Source of the DNA: an uncultured Butyrivibrio sp.
GTDB taxonomy: Bacteria; Bacillota; Clostridia; Lachnospirales; Lachnospiraceae
Direction: 5' to 3'
DNA: 64,000 bases
Assembly (NCBI GenBank): GCA_964549585.1
Contig: CAZJWA010000009.1
Location: 2,834-66,833 of the forward strand
Shown one piece after another: positions 48,873 to 57,435 of this stretch. Made by a program: the position numbers and the translations under genes. How positions within the stretch are numbered: the stretch's first letter is position 1; every line of letters starts with the position of its first letter. A model generated the notes under the pieces. It was not told where the DNA came from, searched no databases, and worked only from the letters and a program-made list of their open reading frames with translations.

Positions 48873-49089
48873 TGCGTTTTGCACTACAAAAAAACCTCTA
48901 GACATTTATTTTAATACGCCATATACTTTATAGCGTTCGATTCTTCTCTATATTTAATAGGATACTGATTTTAGTATCATTTAGGTTAATTAGATATAAT
49001 AATGATTGTTCGGAAAAGCCGACTTTTTAATATTCACAACGCAGTCGTACTTTCCGATAAAACAAAATATTATAACGAGGCAAACAATA

Positions 49090-49281
49090 ATGGCATTTTC
49101 AGATTTTATTTCACACTACATTTCTTTTCCGCAAGTTCTTATCTTTTTTATCGTATCAACATTGGTACTCATCCTCATGCATTTGATTCTGTTTGGAATA
49201 TCCAAGGTATCCTGTCCTACAAATAACCGGGGTAACAAAACAGCGCACGCAGTTCAAAAGGAAATGCTATATCAATGCTAA
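49090..49281 (+). CDS. small single-TM membrane protein (63 aa)
   Basis: This is the internal start of track ORF 49006-49281. GAGG lies 9 nt upstream of the ATG at 49090. It has a hydrophobic helix (VLIFFIVSTLVLILMHLILFG). Its stop TAA abuts the next ATG (TAAATG). Confidence 0.45.
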   Translation: MAFSDFISHYISFPQVLIFFIVSTLVLILMHLILFGISKVSCPTNNRGNKTAHAVQKEMLYQC

Positions 49282-49980
49282 ATGTATTATGAGCTGATGT
49301 TTGCATCGACTTCAATACTTCTTTTTACAGGACTGTACTTCCTTATCGGATATAGAAGAAGCGACTTTACGGAGAGCTTTCTGACACTTTGGGATACATA
49401 TAGTGATTTCATGCTGCTGCTATTTCTCTTTCTCTCGATTCTCCTTGTAAATATTCTCGACTGCTTTTTTATTCCGCTAAAAGAGATTTCAAAAGAAGAA
49501 AAAGGTTCTCTTCGAATGGCATCTATGATCTATATGCTGATAATTTTTGGCTACATCAAATTCATTTACGAAGATAACAATTATGACGCAATTATCGTTT
49601 ACTTCCTTATAATGCTAATAGGACGATTCGTGTATTTTGACGCTTCCTTCAAGGATTTTGTAGGAGCAATGAGAGATCTTCTCTATACGCTGCCATGCCT
49701 TATCCTTGTTCTTATTACTACCGCACTTATGGCTCTCTACGGCTTTAATTCCGGCTACCTTCTTAAGGATAACGGAGTTGTCGTAAGCTTGTGGATAGCA
49801 CATCTATTTCTTATAATAGAAATAATTCCGGTTTTTCTACTTATGAAAAGAAATATCAATAAGCCTTCTGGAAAGCGAAAGACTCATAGAGGTAAAAGTA
49901 CCGATGAAGCTATAGATGATAACTACGACGAGCATTATCCGCAGGAGAACTCACATGGTAGAAACTTCGAAGATAATTAA
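49282..49980 (+). CDS. polytopic membrane protein of unknown function
   Basis: The 232-aa ORF has about 6 hydrophobic segments and a charged C-terminal tail. I recognise no family. Confidence 0.6.
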   Translation: MYYELMFASTSILLFTGLYFLIGYRRSDFTESFLTLWDTYSDFMLLLFLFLSILLVNILDCFFIPLKEISKEEKGSLRMASMIYMLIIFGYIKFIYEDNNYDAIIVYFLIMLIGRFVYFDASFKDFVGAMRDLLYTLPCLILVLITTALMALYGFNSGYLLKDNGVVVSLWIAHLFLIIEIIPVFLLMKRNINKPSGKRKTHRGKSTDEAIDDNYDEHYPQENSHGRNFEDN

Positions 49981-50833
49981 TGATGCGATAAGCTTTATTC
50001 TTACAAACCTAGATGGAAGCATAACTGCTGATGAAGTGGCATCTCACTGCCATATTTCAGGTTCATACTTTAATAAACTCTTTAAGGATGAGACCGGCGA
50101 GAGTGTTTATGCCTATATCAAGAAAAAGAAACTCGAATTCAGTGCTTTCATGATCAAATCACAAAGCACTGAAAGTATCACTGATATTGCTTCCTCATAT
50201 GGCTATAGCTCCTCAAATTACAGCTCAGCCTTTAAGGATTATTTTCAGAAATCTCCTGCGGAATTTCGAAGTGATCACTTTGGCAAAAACAAAGAACTTT
50301 TTAATGAAAGTAACTCTGCTGTGAGAGAAATATATGATGAAATGTGCAAGCTTATAACTGTTTGCACGCTTCCGGATTATCCTGTTATTTATGAAAGATA
50401 TATTGGCAGCTATGATTCCATGAAGAAAAGCTGGAAAGCTTTCACATCCAAATACGAACCTTTTACTACTTCAAAAACCGTGTTTTATGAAAGAACCTAT
50501 GATGATCCAACAATAGCAGATGAAAATAAATGCCTTTATGATATTTGTATGAGCATAGAAAGTCTTCCAAAAGATTTTGAAGCTGAAGCTGCAAAGTATC
50601 TGCCAGGGCAAGCTTCTCTCCCGAATTTCGGAACTATCATTGGAGGTAAATTTGCAGTCTGTCATTTCAAAGGCTATATCAGTGAAATTAACGATTTCCA
50701 CCACAAGCTTATGAGCATCTGGTTTCCTCTTAGTGGAAATCTGATTGATTTTAGATATTCTTTTGACAGATACTACTGCGTCGACTGCGAAAGCTATTAT
50801 ATGGAATTTGATATTTGCATTCCAATTAAATAA
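49955..50833 (+). CDS. AraC-family regulator with GyrI-like effector-binding domain
   Basis: The N-terminal HTH has ...ADEVASHCHISGSYFNKLFKDETGESVYAYIKKKKL... and GYSSSNYSSAFKDYFQKSPAEFR. The C-terminal ~150 aa have the GyrI-like pattern (YERYIGSY...FAVCHFKG...EFDICIPI). It overlaps the upstream ORF by 26 nt. Confidence 0.8.
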   Translation: MVETSKIINDAISFILTNLDGSITADEVASHCHISGSYFNKLFKDETGESVYAYIKKKKLEFSAFMIKSQSTESITDIASSYGYSSSNYSSAFKDYFQKSPAEFRSDHFGKNKELFNESNSAVREIYDEMCKLITVCTLPDYPVIYERYIGSYDSMKKSWKAFTSKYEPFTTSKTVFYERTYDDPTIADENKCLYDICMSIESLPKDFEAEAAKYLPGQASLPNFGTIIGGKFAVCHFKGYISEINDFHHKLMSIWFPLSGNLIDFRYSFDRYYCVDCESYYMEFDICIPIK

Positions 50834-50867
50834 GAAAGTCGAAATTCAGAAGTAAAGAAAATTAAAC

Positions 50868-50932
50868 AAAGCTACAATAGGACAATGTAAGTGGCGGCCG
50901 CCGCATAAACATGCACTATTGTAGCTTTTTTT
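50868..50932 (+). terminator. long-stem terminator with a GC-palindrome loop
   Basis: AAAGCTACAATAG / CTATTGTAGCTTT followed by T-run. The 35-nt loop contains GGCGGCCGCC. Confidence 0.65.
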
Positions 50933-50948
50933 ATATCAAAGGAGACGT

Positions 50949-52298
50949 ATGAATCTAGAAAATATACGAAATAATAGAATTAAAATGATACTTCAGTTTT
51001 CTGTTCCATCAATCATAGCGATGGTTCTGACCGCATGCATAAATATTGTCGACGGCTTTTTTACCGGTAACTACGTTGGAAGTAGCGGCATGAGCGCAAT
51101 TGAAATGGGTCTTCCAATAGTGTACCTCTATCTGGCTCTCGGGCTTATGTTCGCTGTTGGCGGTATCGCCATCGCAGGTAGAGAATTCGGCGCAGGAAAC
51201 ATGGATAAATGCAAAGCCGTGTTTAATCAGACATTCGTTGTTTCAACCGGAGTTTCTATTGTTCTTAGTATCATAATCTTTATCATTATTGTACCTGTTT
51301 TAAGACTTCTTGGCATATCAGGAGAAATCAGCTCATACTTTATCAGCTACTACCGTATCCTTCTGCTTGAACTTCCGCTTATGATAATCAATTCGACTCT
51401 CGGAATGTTCATCCGCGGCGAAGGACGCCCTGACTTTTATATGAATACCTGCATTTTAACGCTAATATTAAATGCCATCCTCGACTACATCTTTGCAGCA
51501 TTACTGCATCAGGGAATAGCCGGAATAGCTTTCTCATCCTTCCTCGCTGCTCTGATTACCTTCTTTATAAATATCTTTTTCATAGTAAAAAGAGCTAAGG
51601 TCTACCGTTTTGGCAGCTTTAAATTCGATAAGGATGTTCACAAGGAAATGATATTTAACGGAAGCTCTGAATTTATCGGTGAGCTCACAATGGTCATTTC
51701 CATGCTGGCGTACAACTATGTTATCTTAAAGCACTTTGGTTCAGATGGGCTTTGTGCATTCACTATCGTTGGCTTTGTAACATACGTATTTAGCATGATA
51801 ATAATAGGCTTTGGTCAGGGAATCGTTCCACTTGTAAGCTTCGTCTATGGCGCAGGTGAAATTAACACTGGAATCGCAATAAGGCGCTCTACAATCAAAA
51901 TGACAACTGCAATTTCGCTTATTACAATGCTGCTTATGGTATTTCTTTCAAACGCCTACTGCACTGCATTCGTAAAAGATCCGGTTATCATCAGCATGGC
52001 AAGAAATGGAATTCTAATCTATATGTTTTCATTTCCTTTTGTAAGTATAAACGGCATAAGCTCCATGTATTTCACTGCAATAGGAAATGCAAAGGCATCT
52101 GCGATTATCTCAAGTTCAAGAGGTTTGGTTCTCCTCTTAATTGCTATCTTCACTTTCCCCGTGCTTTGGGGAATAACAGGTCTCTGGCTTGTAGGACCTG
52201 TAGTTGAAGGTCTGACAATACTGATTACTCTGCACTATATCCTGTCTGAGAAGAAAAATCTCTTATCAGGAAATATCATGAATGAACAATCCGCTTAA
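50949..52298 (+). CDS. MATE family efflux transporter
   Basis: The 449-aa ORF has 12 predicted hydrophobic segments and an N-terminal ...FSVPSIIAMVLTACINIVDGFFTGNYVG. Confidence 0.85.
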   Translation: MNLENIRNNRIKMILQFSVPSIIAMVLTACINIVDGFFTGNYVGSSGMSAIEMGLPIVYLYLALGLMFAVGGIAIAGREFGAGNMDKCKAVFNQTFVVSTGVSIVLSIIIFIIIVPVLRLLGISGEISSYFISYYRILLLELPLMIINSTLGMFIRGEGRPDFYMNTCILTLILNAILDYIFAALLHQGIAGIAFSSFLAALITFFINIFFIVKRAKVYRFGSFKFDKDVHKEMIFNGSSEFIGELTMVISMLAYNYVILKHFGSDGLCAFTIVGFVTYVFSMIIIGFGQGIVPLVSFVYGAGEINTGIAIRRSTIKMTTAISLITMLLMVFLSNAYCTAFVKDPVIISMARNGILIYMFSFPFVSINGISSMYFTAIGNAKASAIISSSRGLVLLLIAIFTFPVLWGITGLWLVGPVVEGLTILITLHYILSEKKNLLSGNIMNEQSA

Positions 52299-53504
52299 CA
52301 GCTTTGGTTCAAACCAGGTTGATTTAGGAGGCATAAGTCTGCCTGCATCGGCTACGCTAAAGAGCTCTGAGATGGATGTCGGATACATAGAAAAAGCAAG
52401 CTTCATATCGTTATGGCATCTCTTCTCAAGCTCTGAAAGCCCCCTGATTCCTCCAACAAAATCAATTCTCTTATCTGTCTTGGGATCTCCTATTCCAAGT
52501 ATAGGTGAGAGAACTTCATTTTGAAGTATCGAAACATCAAGTCCTTCAACAGCATCGCTGTTTCTTATATCCTCTTTGGCGATAAGCATGTACCACTTAT
52601 CATCAAGATACATTCCAAACTCATATTTCTTTGAAGGTTTTGCCTTACTTTCTCCAAACTCTTTTATTTCAAATTTCTGAACTAGTTTATTCATAAATTC
52701 ATCAGTAGTAAGACCATTTAAATCCTTAACAACCCTGTTGTAATCCATTATCATCAGCTGATCATCCGGGAAAAGAACTGAGAGAAAATAGTCATACTCC
52801 TTTTCTCCCGTAGGATTTGGATCCTGTGCTCTTCTCTTTAAGCCTACCTTGACAGCAGATGCGCAGCGGTGATGTCCATCCGCAATATATACCGAACCTG
52901 CCTCATCTATTTCTTTTGACAAAAAAGCTATATCGTCTTCATCACAAACAGCCCAGATTCTGTTATGAACTCCATCAGAAGCAGTAAAATCGTAAAGCGG
53001 AGAAAGGCTCTTAATTTCCTCAATCTTTTCATTTACGCCGCTTCTTCCTCTATAACAAAGAAAAATAGGGCCAGTTTGAGCATCACATGCATCAACATGT
53101 TTAATTCTGTCCTGTTCCTTATCTGCTCTCGTATTCTCGTGTTTCTTGATGATATTGTTCTGATAGTCATCAATTGAAGCGCAGCCTACAAGGCCTGTCT
53201 GAACTCGTCCATTCATATTCTGCTCATAGATGTAAAAGCACGGCTGCGTATCCTGCTCAAATATTCCCTCGGCAATATCGTTTCGAAGCATGTCGTGAGC
53301 CTTCTGATAAACTCTGTCTGCATACATATCACAGTCTGGCTCAAACTGAGTCTCCGGTCTGTCAATTGCAAGAAATGAGAGCGGCTCTTTCTCTACAACC
53401 GCTTTTGCCTCCTGCCTGTTATAAACATCATAAGGAAGGGCTGCTACCCTTTCTACAATATCTCTTCTTGGTCTAATACCCTTAAAAGCTCTAAACTTTG
53501 CCAT
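52266..53504 (-). CDS. DUF1015 family protein
   Basis: The N-terminus MAKFRAFKGIRPRRDIVERVAALPYDVY and the internal IADGHHR are as I recall for DUF1015. Confidence 0.75.
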   Translation of the reverse strand: MAKFRAFKGIRPRRDIVERVAALPYDVYNRQEAKAVVEKEPLSFLAIDRPETQFEPDCDMYADRVYQKAHDMLRNDIAEGIFEQDTQPCFYIYEQNMNGRVQTGLVGCASIDDYQNNIIKKHENTRADKEQDRIKHVDACDAQTGPIFLCYRGRSGVNEKIEEIKSLSPLYDFTASDGVHNRIWAVCDEDDIAFLSKEIDEAGSVYIADGHHRCASAVKVGLKRRAQDPNPTGEKEYDYFLSVLFPDDQLMIMDYNRVVKDLNGLTTDEFMNKLVQKFEIKEFGESKAKPSKKYEFGMYLDDKWYMLIAKEDIRNSDAVEGLDVSILQNEVLSPILGIGDPKTDKRIDFVGGIRGLSELEKRCHNDMKLAFSMYPTSISELFSVADAGRLMPPKSTWFEPKLLSGLFIHDIS

Positions 53505-53525
53505 ACTAATCCTCTCTTCTTTCAG

Positions 53526-53596
53526 TTACGCAGCTGTGTGAATTTCGTTAAGAAAGCCTGTAAAACAGGCTTTATAGTTCGCCGCTGGGCGAACTA
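53526..53596. repeat. composite intergenic repeat: tail module + hairpin 2 + hairpin 1
   Basis: The tail is ttacgcagctgtgtgaatttcgttaagaaagcct (53526-53559). Hairpin 2 is AAAGCCTG/CAGGCTTT (53553-53573). Hairpin 1 is TAGTTCGCC gctg GGCGAACTA (53575-53596). These modules recur at 12107-12140 and 58233-58321. Confidence 0.8.
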
Positions 53597-53619
53597 TTAT
53601 TGACGCCGGTCAAACGATT

Positions 53620-53982
53620 TTATTCATTAATGTGGTTCATTCCCTGCGCAATTATTGTTCTTACATGATCGTCTGCAAGTGAATAAAAAATCGACTTGCC
53701 GTCTCTTCTACTCTTTACGAGCTTGTTCTGTCTTAGAATCTGAAGCTGGTGTGAAATTGCCGACTGCGTCATATTAAGTGCTGCTGCAAGATCGCATACG
53801 CATACCTCTGCCTCAAAAAGCACGAACAGAATTCTTATTCTCGTCGAATCACCAAAGACCTTGAAAAGCTCTGCAAGATCGCAGAGTTCATTTTCATCAG
53901 GCATTTTTTCATTCACGATTTTGAGCAGTTCCTCGTGGATTTCTGTATCTTCACAGGTTTCATCATGGCATTCTTTTCTCAT
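53620..53982 (-). CDS. ArsR/SmtB-family metalloregulator (CadC/CzrA-like)
   Basis: LAELFKVFGDSTRIRILFVL...VCVCDLAAALNMTQSAISHQLQILRQNKLV is the ArsR HTH. It has an N-terminal Cys/His cluster. Confidence 0.88.
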   Translation of the reverse strand: MRKECHDETCEDTEIHEELLKIVNEKMPDENELCDLAELFKVFGDSTRIRILFVLFEAEVCVCDLAAALNMTQSAISHQLQILRQNKLVKSRRDGKSIFYSLADDHVRTIIAQGMNHINE

Positions 53983-54115
53983 ATCATCTGGCTCCTTTAC
54001 TTTATAGGAAATGTAGCTTTCTACATATTAACTCTTTTATATGCATAAGGCTGATACCATGTCTACTAAACATGATATCAGCTTTCTTAGCACAAATCAT
54101 TTATTTTTAATTTAA

Positions 54116-55981
54116 TCAGTCGTTCTTAATAGAAAGAGCACGGATTGCGTTAAGAACTGCAATAACCATAACTCCTACGTCGGCGAAAATTGCTGCCCAC
54201 ATATTTGCAATTCCAAGTGCTCCAAGGACTAGGCATATCAGCTTTACTCCGATTGCAAAATAGATGTTCTCATATACTATCCTAATACACTTTCTGGAAA
54301 TTCTGATAGCAAGAGATATTTTAACCGGATCATCATCCATAAGAACAATGTCAGCAGCTTCAATCGCTGCGTCAGATCCAAGTGCTCCCATCGCTATTCC
54401 GATATCTGCTCTTGAAAGAACCGGTGCATCGTTAATTCCATCACCTACAAATGCAAGTTTTTCCTTTTCGCCCTTTTGTCCAAGGAGTTCTTCAACCTTT
54501 GTAACCTTGTCAGCCGGAAGAAGCTCGCTGTAAACTTCCGAAATATTCAGCTCTTTTGCCACAGAATCTGCAACGCTCTTCATATCACCAGTAAGCATGA
54601 CTGTCTTCGTAACACCGTTTTGGTGGAGCTCTTCAATTGCCTTTGCAGCAGTCTTCTTGATTCTGTCCGAAATGAGGATATGACCCTCATATTCTCCATC
54701 AATCGCAACATGTACAATAGTGCCGGTGCTATGGCAGTCTGCATATTCAATTCCAAGAGATTTCATAAGCTTGGAATTTCCAACAGCAACTTTGCTTCCA
54801 TCAACAACTGCTGTTACACCGTTTCCACTTATTTCCTTAATATCCGAAACTCTTGATTTATCTAGCTCTTTGCCGTAAGCCTTGATAATGCTCCTGCTTA
54901 TCGGATGTGATGAGTAGCTCTCTGCAAGGGCTGCCGTCTCAAGAATCAGCTCTTTTTCCTTCTTATTATGATGAACCCCTATGACCTCAAAAACTCCCTC
55001 TGTCATCGTTCCCGTCTTATCAAATACAACAGTCTTCGTCTGCGCAAGAGTTTCAAGATAATTCGAGCCTTTTATCAAAATACCATTCTTACTAGCTCCG
55101 CCTATTCCGGCAAAAAAGCTAAGTGGAATACTGATAACAAGCGCACATGGACAGCTAATTACAAGGAAGGTCAATGCTCTGTATATCCACTGTCCCCAGA
55201 TTGGTGATATCCCTATAATAATGCTGACAATCGGCGGTATTATTGCAAGAGCTAAAGCGCTGTAACAGACTGCAGGTGTATAAATCCTTGCAAATTTTGA
55301 AATAAAATTCTCGGATTTAGATTTCTTCGAGCTTGCATTTTCAACAAGATCAAGAATCTTTGAAACGGTTGATTCTACAAAAGCCTTCGTCGTTCTAATC
55401 TTGATAACACCAGTATTGTTGATACATCCGCTTATTACCTCGTTACCGGACTCTGCTGTTCTTGGAACGCTCTCACCAGTTAGCGCACTTGTATTAAGTG
55501 TTGTATTTCCCTCAGTAATAACTCCGTCAATCGGAATCTTCTCTCCGGGCTTAACTACAATAATGCTTCCAACAGCTATTTCATCAGGATCAACCTGCTT
55601 TAGCTCACCATTTTCCTCAATATTTGCGTAATCAGGTCTGATGTCCATCAGCTCTGAAATATTGCGCCTGCTCTTACCAACAGCATAGCTTTGGAACAAC
55701 TCTCCTATCTGATAAAAGAGCATTACAGCAACTGCTTCCATATAATCTCCAAGAAGCACCGCTCCTACAGTAGCAACCGCCATAAGAAAATTCTCATCAA
55801 ATACCTGTCTGTTTAAAATTCCTTTAACAGCCTTTTTGAGAATATCGTATCCAATTGTAAGATAAGGAATCAGGTACAATATGCCTTTTATCATTCCTGA
55901 AACAGGTATAATTTCTATAAACACCATAAGAATCAGTGTCATAAAAATTCTTGCTAAAACCTTCTTTTGCTTCTTTGTCAT
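54116..55981 (-). CDS. heavy-metal-translocating P1B-type ATPase (Cd/Zn/Co type), without a fused HMA domain
   Basis: Motifs present: CPC (SCPCALVIS), DKTGTMT, SSHP and GDGINDAP. GAGG precedes the ATG at 55981. The track start is 55996. Confidence 0.9.
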   Translation of the reverse strand: MTKKQKKVLARIFMTLILMVFIEIIPVSGMIKGILYLIPYLTIGYDILKKAVKGILNRQVFDENFLMAVATVGAVLLGDYMEAVAVMLFYQIGELFQSYAVGKSRRNISELMDIRPDYANIEENGELKQVDPDEIAVGSIIVVKPGEKIPIDGVITEGNTTLNTSALTGESVPRTAESGNEVISGCINNTGVIKIRTTKAFVESTVSKILDLVENASSKKSKSENFISKFARIYTPAVCYSALALAIIPPIVSIIIGISPIWGQWIYRALTFLVISCPCALVISIPLSFFAGIGGASKNGILIKGSNYLETLAQTKTVVFDKTGTMTEGVFEVIGVHHNKKEKELILETAALAESYSSHPISRSIIKAYGKELDKSRVSDIKEISGNGVTAVVDGSKVAVGNSKLMKSLGIEYADCHSTGTIVHVAIDGEYEGHILISDRIKKTAAKAIEELHQNGVTKTVMLTGDMKSVADSVAKELNISEVYSELLPADKVTKVEELLGQKGEKEKLAFVGDGINDAPVLSRADIGIAMGALGSDAAIEAADIVLMDDDPVKISLAIRISRKCIRIVYENIYFAIGVKLICLVLGALGIANMWAAIFADVGVMVIAVLNAIRALSIKND

Positions 55982-56079
55982 AGTTGACCTCATCATTTTC
56001 TATGTGTTAGTGGTAAAAAAGCTTCTGTAAGTATTAGTTACTTATGTATAAATGAAAGCCTCTCAAAATCCGTCAATTA

Positions 56080-56298
56080 TCAGAAATAAATCTCGCAGTC
56101 ATCCTCAACCTTTTTGCAGTTTTTTAGGACATCCTTCATAACTGTCTTAATTTCTGTATTCTCTTCAAAATCAACTGCCATCTTAAGTGTCATAAAATTT
56201 ACAGTCGCATCCTTAACACCGTTTGTATTCCTTGCTGCCTCTTCCATCTTGTTTGCACAATTTGCACAGTCAACTTCAATCTTATATGTCTTTGTCAT
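56080..56298 (-). CDS. stand-alone heavy-metal-associated (HMA) domain protein
   Basis: The 72-aa ORF has a CANC (CxxC) metal-binding motif in the pattern of a beta-alpha-beta-beta-alpha-beta fold. It lies directly upstream of the ATPase gene. Confidence 0.8.
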   Translation of the reverse strand: MTKTYKIEVDCANCANKMEEAARNTNGVKDATVNFMTLKMAVDFEENTEIKTVMKDVLKNCKKVEDDCEIYF

Positions 56299-56365
56299 AG
56301 TTTTGTCTCCTCGGCTCTTGGGTTATTTGTATTTCGAAGTAGTAAAGCAACTTGCTTTATTTGTT

Positions 56366-56387
56366 CATCTGAACAATTATTCATATG
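56366..56387. promoter_or_regulatory. ArsR/SmtB-type operator candidate
   Basis: CATCTGAACAA|TTATTCATATG is an imperfect inverted repeat (9/11 per half-site). It resembles the TGAACA..TGTTCA-type sites bound by CzrA/CadC-like repressors. It lies 68-89 bp upstream of the HMA ORF. Confidence 0.5.
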
Positions 56388-56437
56388 TTCTGATAAAAAT
56401 ATACCCTACTAACATTTAGTTGTCAATAGGGTTTAAC

Positions 56438-57136
56438 TTAATTTGTTATCTTATCAATATCCTCTACTTCACGTATCAGCTTTTGGGACAAAAGAAATGC
56501 AGCCGCTAAAGGTATAAGTCCGATAAGGATGCCGAAGGTCATAAAATACTTTACGCCCAGGACTCCAAGAAGAATTCCAATAGAAAAATTGATTATCGTA
56601 TATCCATAGAACTTAGCTTTATCTTTGTGTTCAGGTTTCTTCGTATATATGTATTCAGCAAGTGCAGTTGAAGCCTGTCTGATATTATTAGTTGAAAAAA
56701 TCGTTGCACATCTGTACTTACCAACGCCGCAGTATACCGACCACTGCATGGCAGAAATAATAAATACCGGGTAAAGTGCGATAACATTATTCATATTAAC
56801 GGGAATAAAACAACATAAGACAAGTCCAAATGCTTCGAGAACAATACAACCTTTTCGAAAATCCGTATTAGTATATTTAGGAACAAGCGTAGCAATAATA
56901 AGTGTAGCAGCATATAGCACAAAAGCTCCAAGCCTTATTAGCACATCCATAAACTCACCATCAACCAGGTGCGCTGCCATTTCCATCATATTTCCAGTCT
57001 GCGCCGACCCAAAATTCCCTCCTCGAAGATATACCGCATATCCTCCAAGAACGCCTCCAACCATAGCCATCAGCCAGTGAACACGGCGTTCCAAAATCAC
57101 ATTACTCTCACTACTTGCAGAATCAGTACTGCTCAT
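56438..57136 (-). CDS. DUF1275 (YoaK-like) membrane protein
   Basis: The polytopic ORF has ...GGVLGGYAVYLRGGNFGSAQTGNMM, a pattern typical of DUF1275. Confidence 0.65.
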   Translation of the reverse strand: MSSTDSASSESNVILERRVHWLMAMVGGVLGGYAVYLRGGNFGSAQTGNMMEMAAHLVDGEFMDVLIRLGAFVLYAATLIIATLVPKYTNTDFRKGCIVLEAFGLVLCCFIPVNMNNVIALYPVFIISAMQWSVYCGVGKYRCATIFSTNNIRQASTALAEYIYTKKPEHKDKAKFYGYTIINFSIGILLGVLGVKYFMTFGILIGLIPLAAAFLLSQKLIREVEDIDKITN

Positions 57137-57397
57137 TTATTTATCAACTCCAAACTTTAAAATATTCAAAACAACTAAATTATATTTCTGCGGCCTACAG
57201 AAGTCAAAATGATTTCGATATTTTTTATCAAACAGATCATCGATTCTCTCACCACATGGAACCTTTTTTTCCAATAAGCGAATCGTCTGAAGTACAGATA
57301 TGTATTTACTACATTTCCCCTTCTCTTCTTTTATCTTATCTGAAATCTCAGATAATTTATTTTTTCCATTTGCAATAAGCTTACACTTGATCCGCAT
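57137..57397 (-). pseudogene. short ORF, possibly a 3' remnant of a DUF234-type ATPase gene
   Basis: The 86-aa ORF has ...LSEISDKI....KYISVLQTIRLLEKKVP.GE, which resembles the winged-helix tail of DUF234 proteins. Its reading frame stays open upstream into the CPBP gene with no start codon. Its stop abuts the next ATG. Confidence 0.3.
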
Positions 57398-57435
57398 AAG
57401 ATAAGAAGTATAATACTCATAAGTATTATAGATGT

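Noticed and set aside
49002-49226. 74-aa plus-strand ORF and the long form (49006) of the 91-aa ORF
   Set aside because: The only credible RBS (GAGG) serves the internal ATG at 49090 in the other frame. The upstream parts lie in AT-rich promoter-like sequence.
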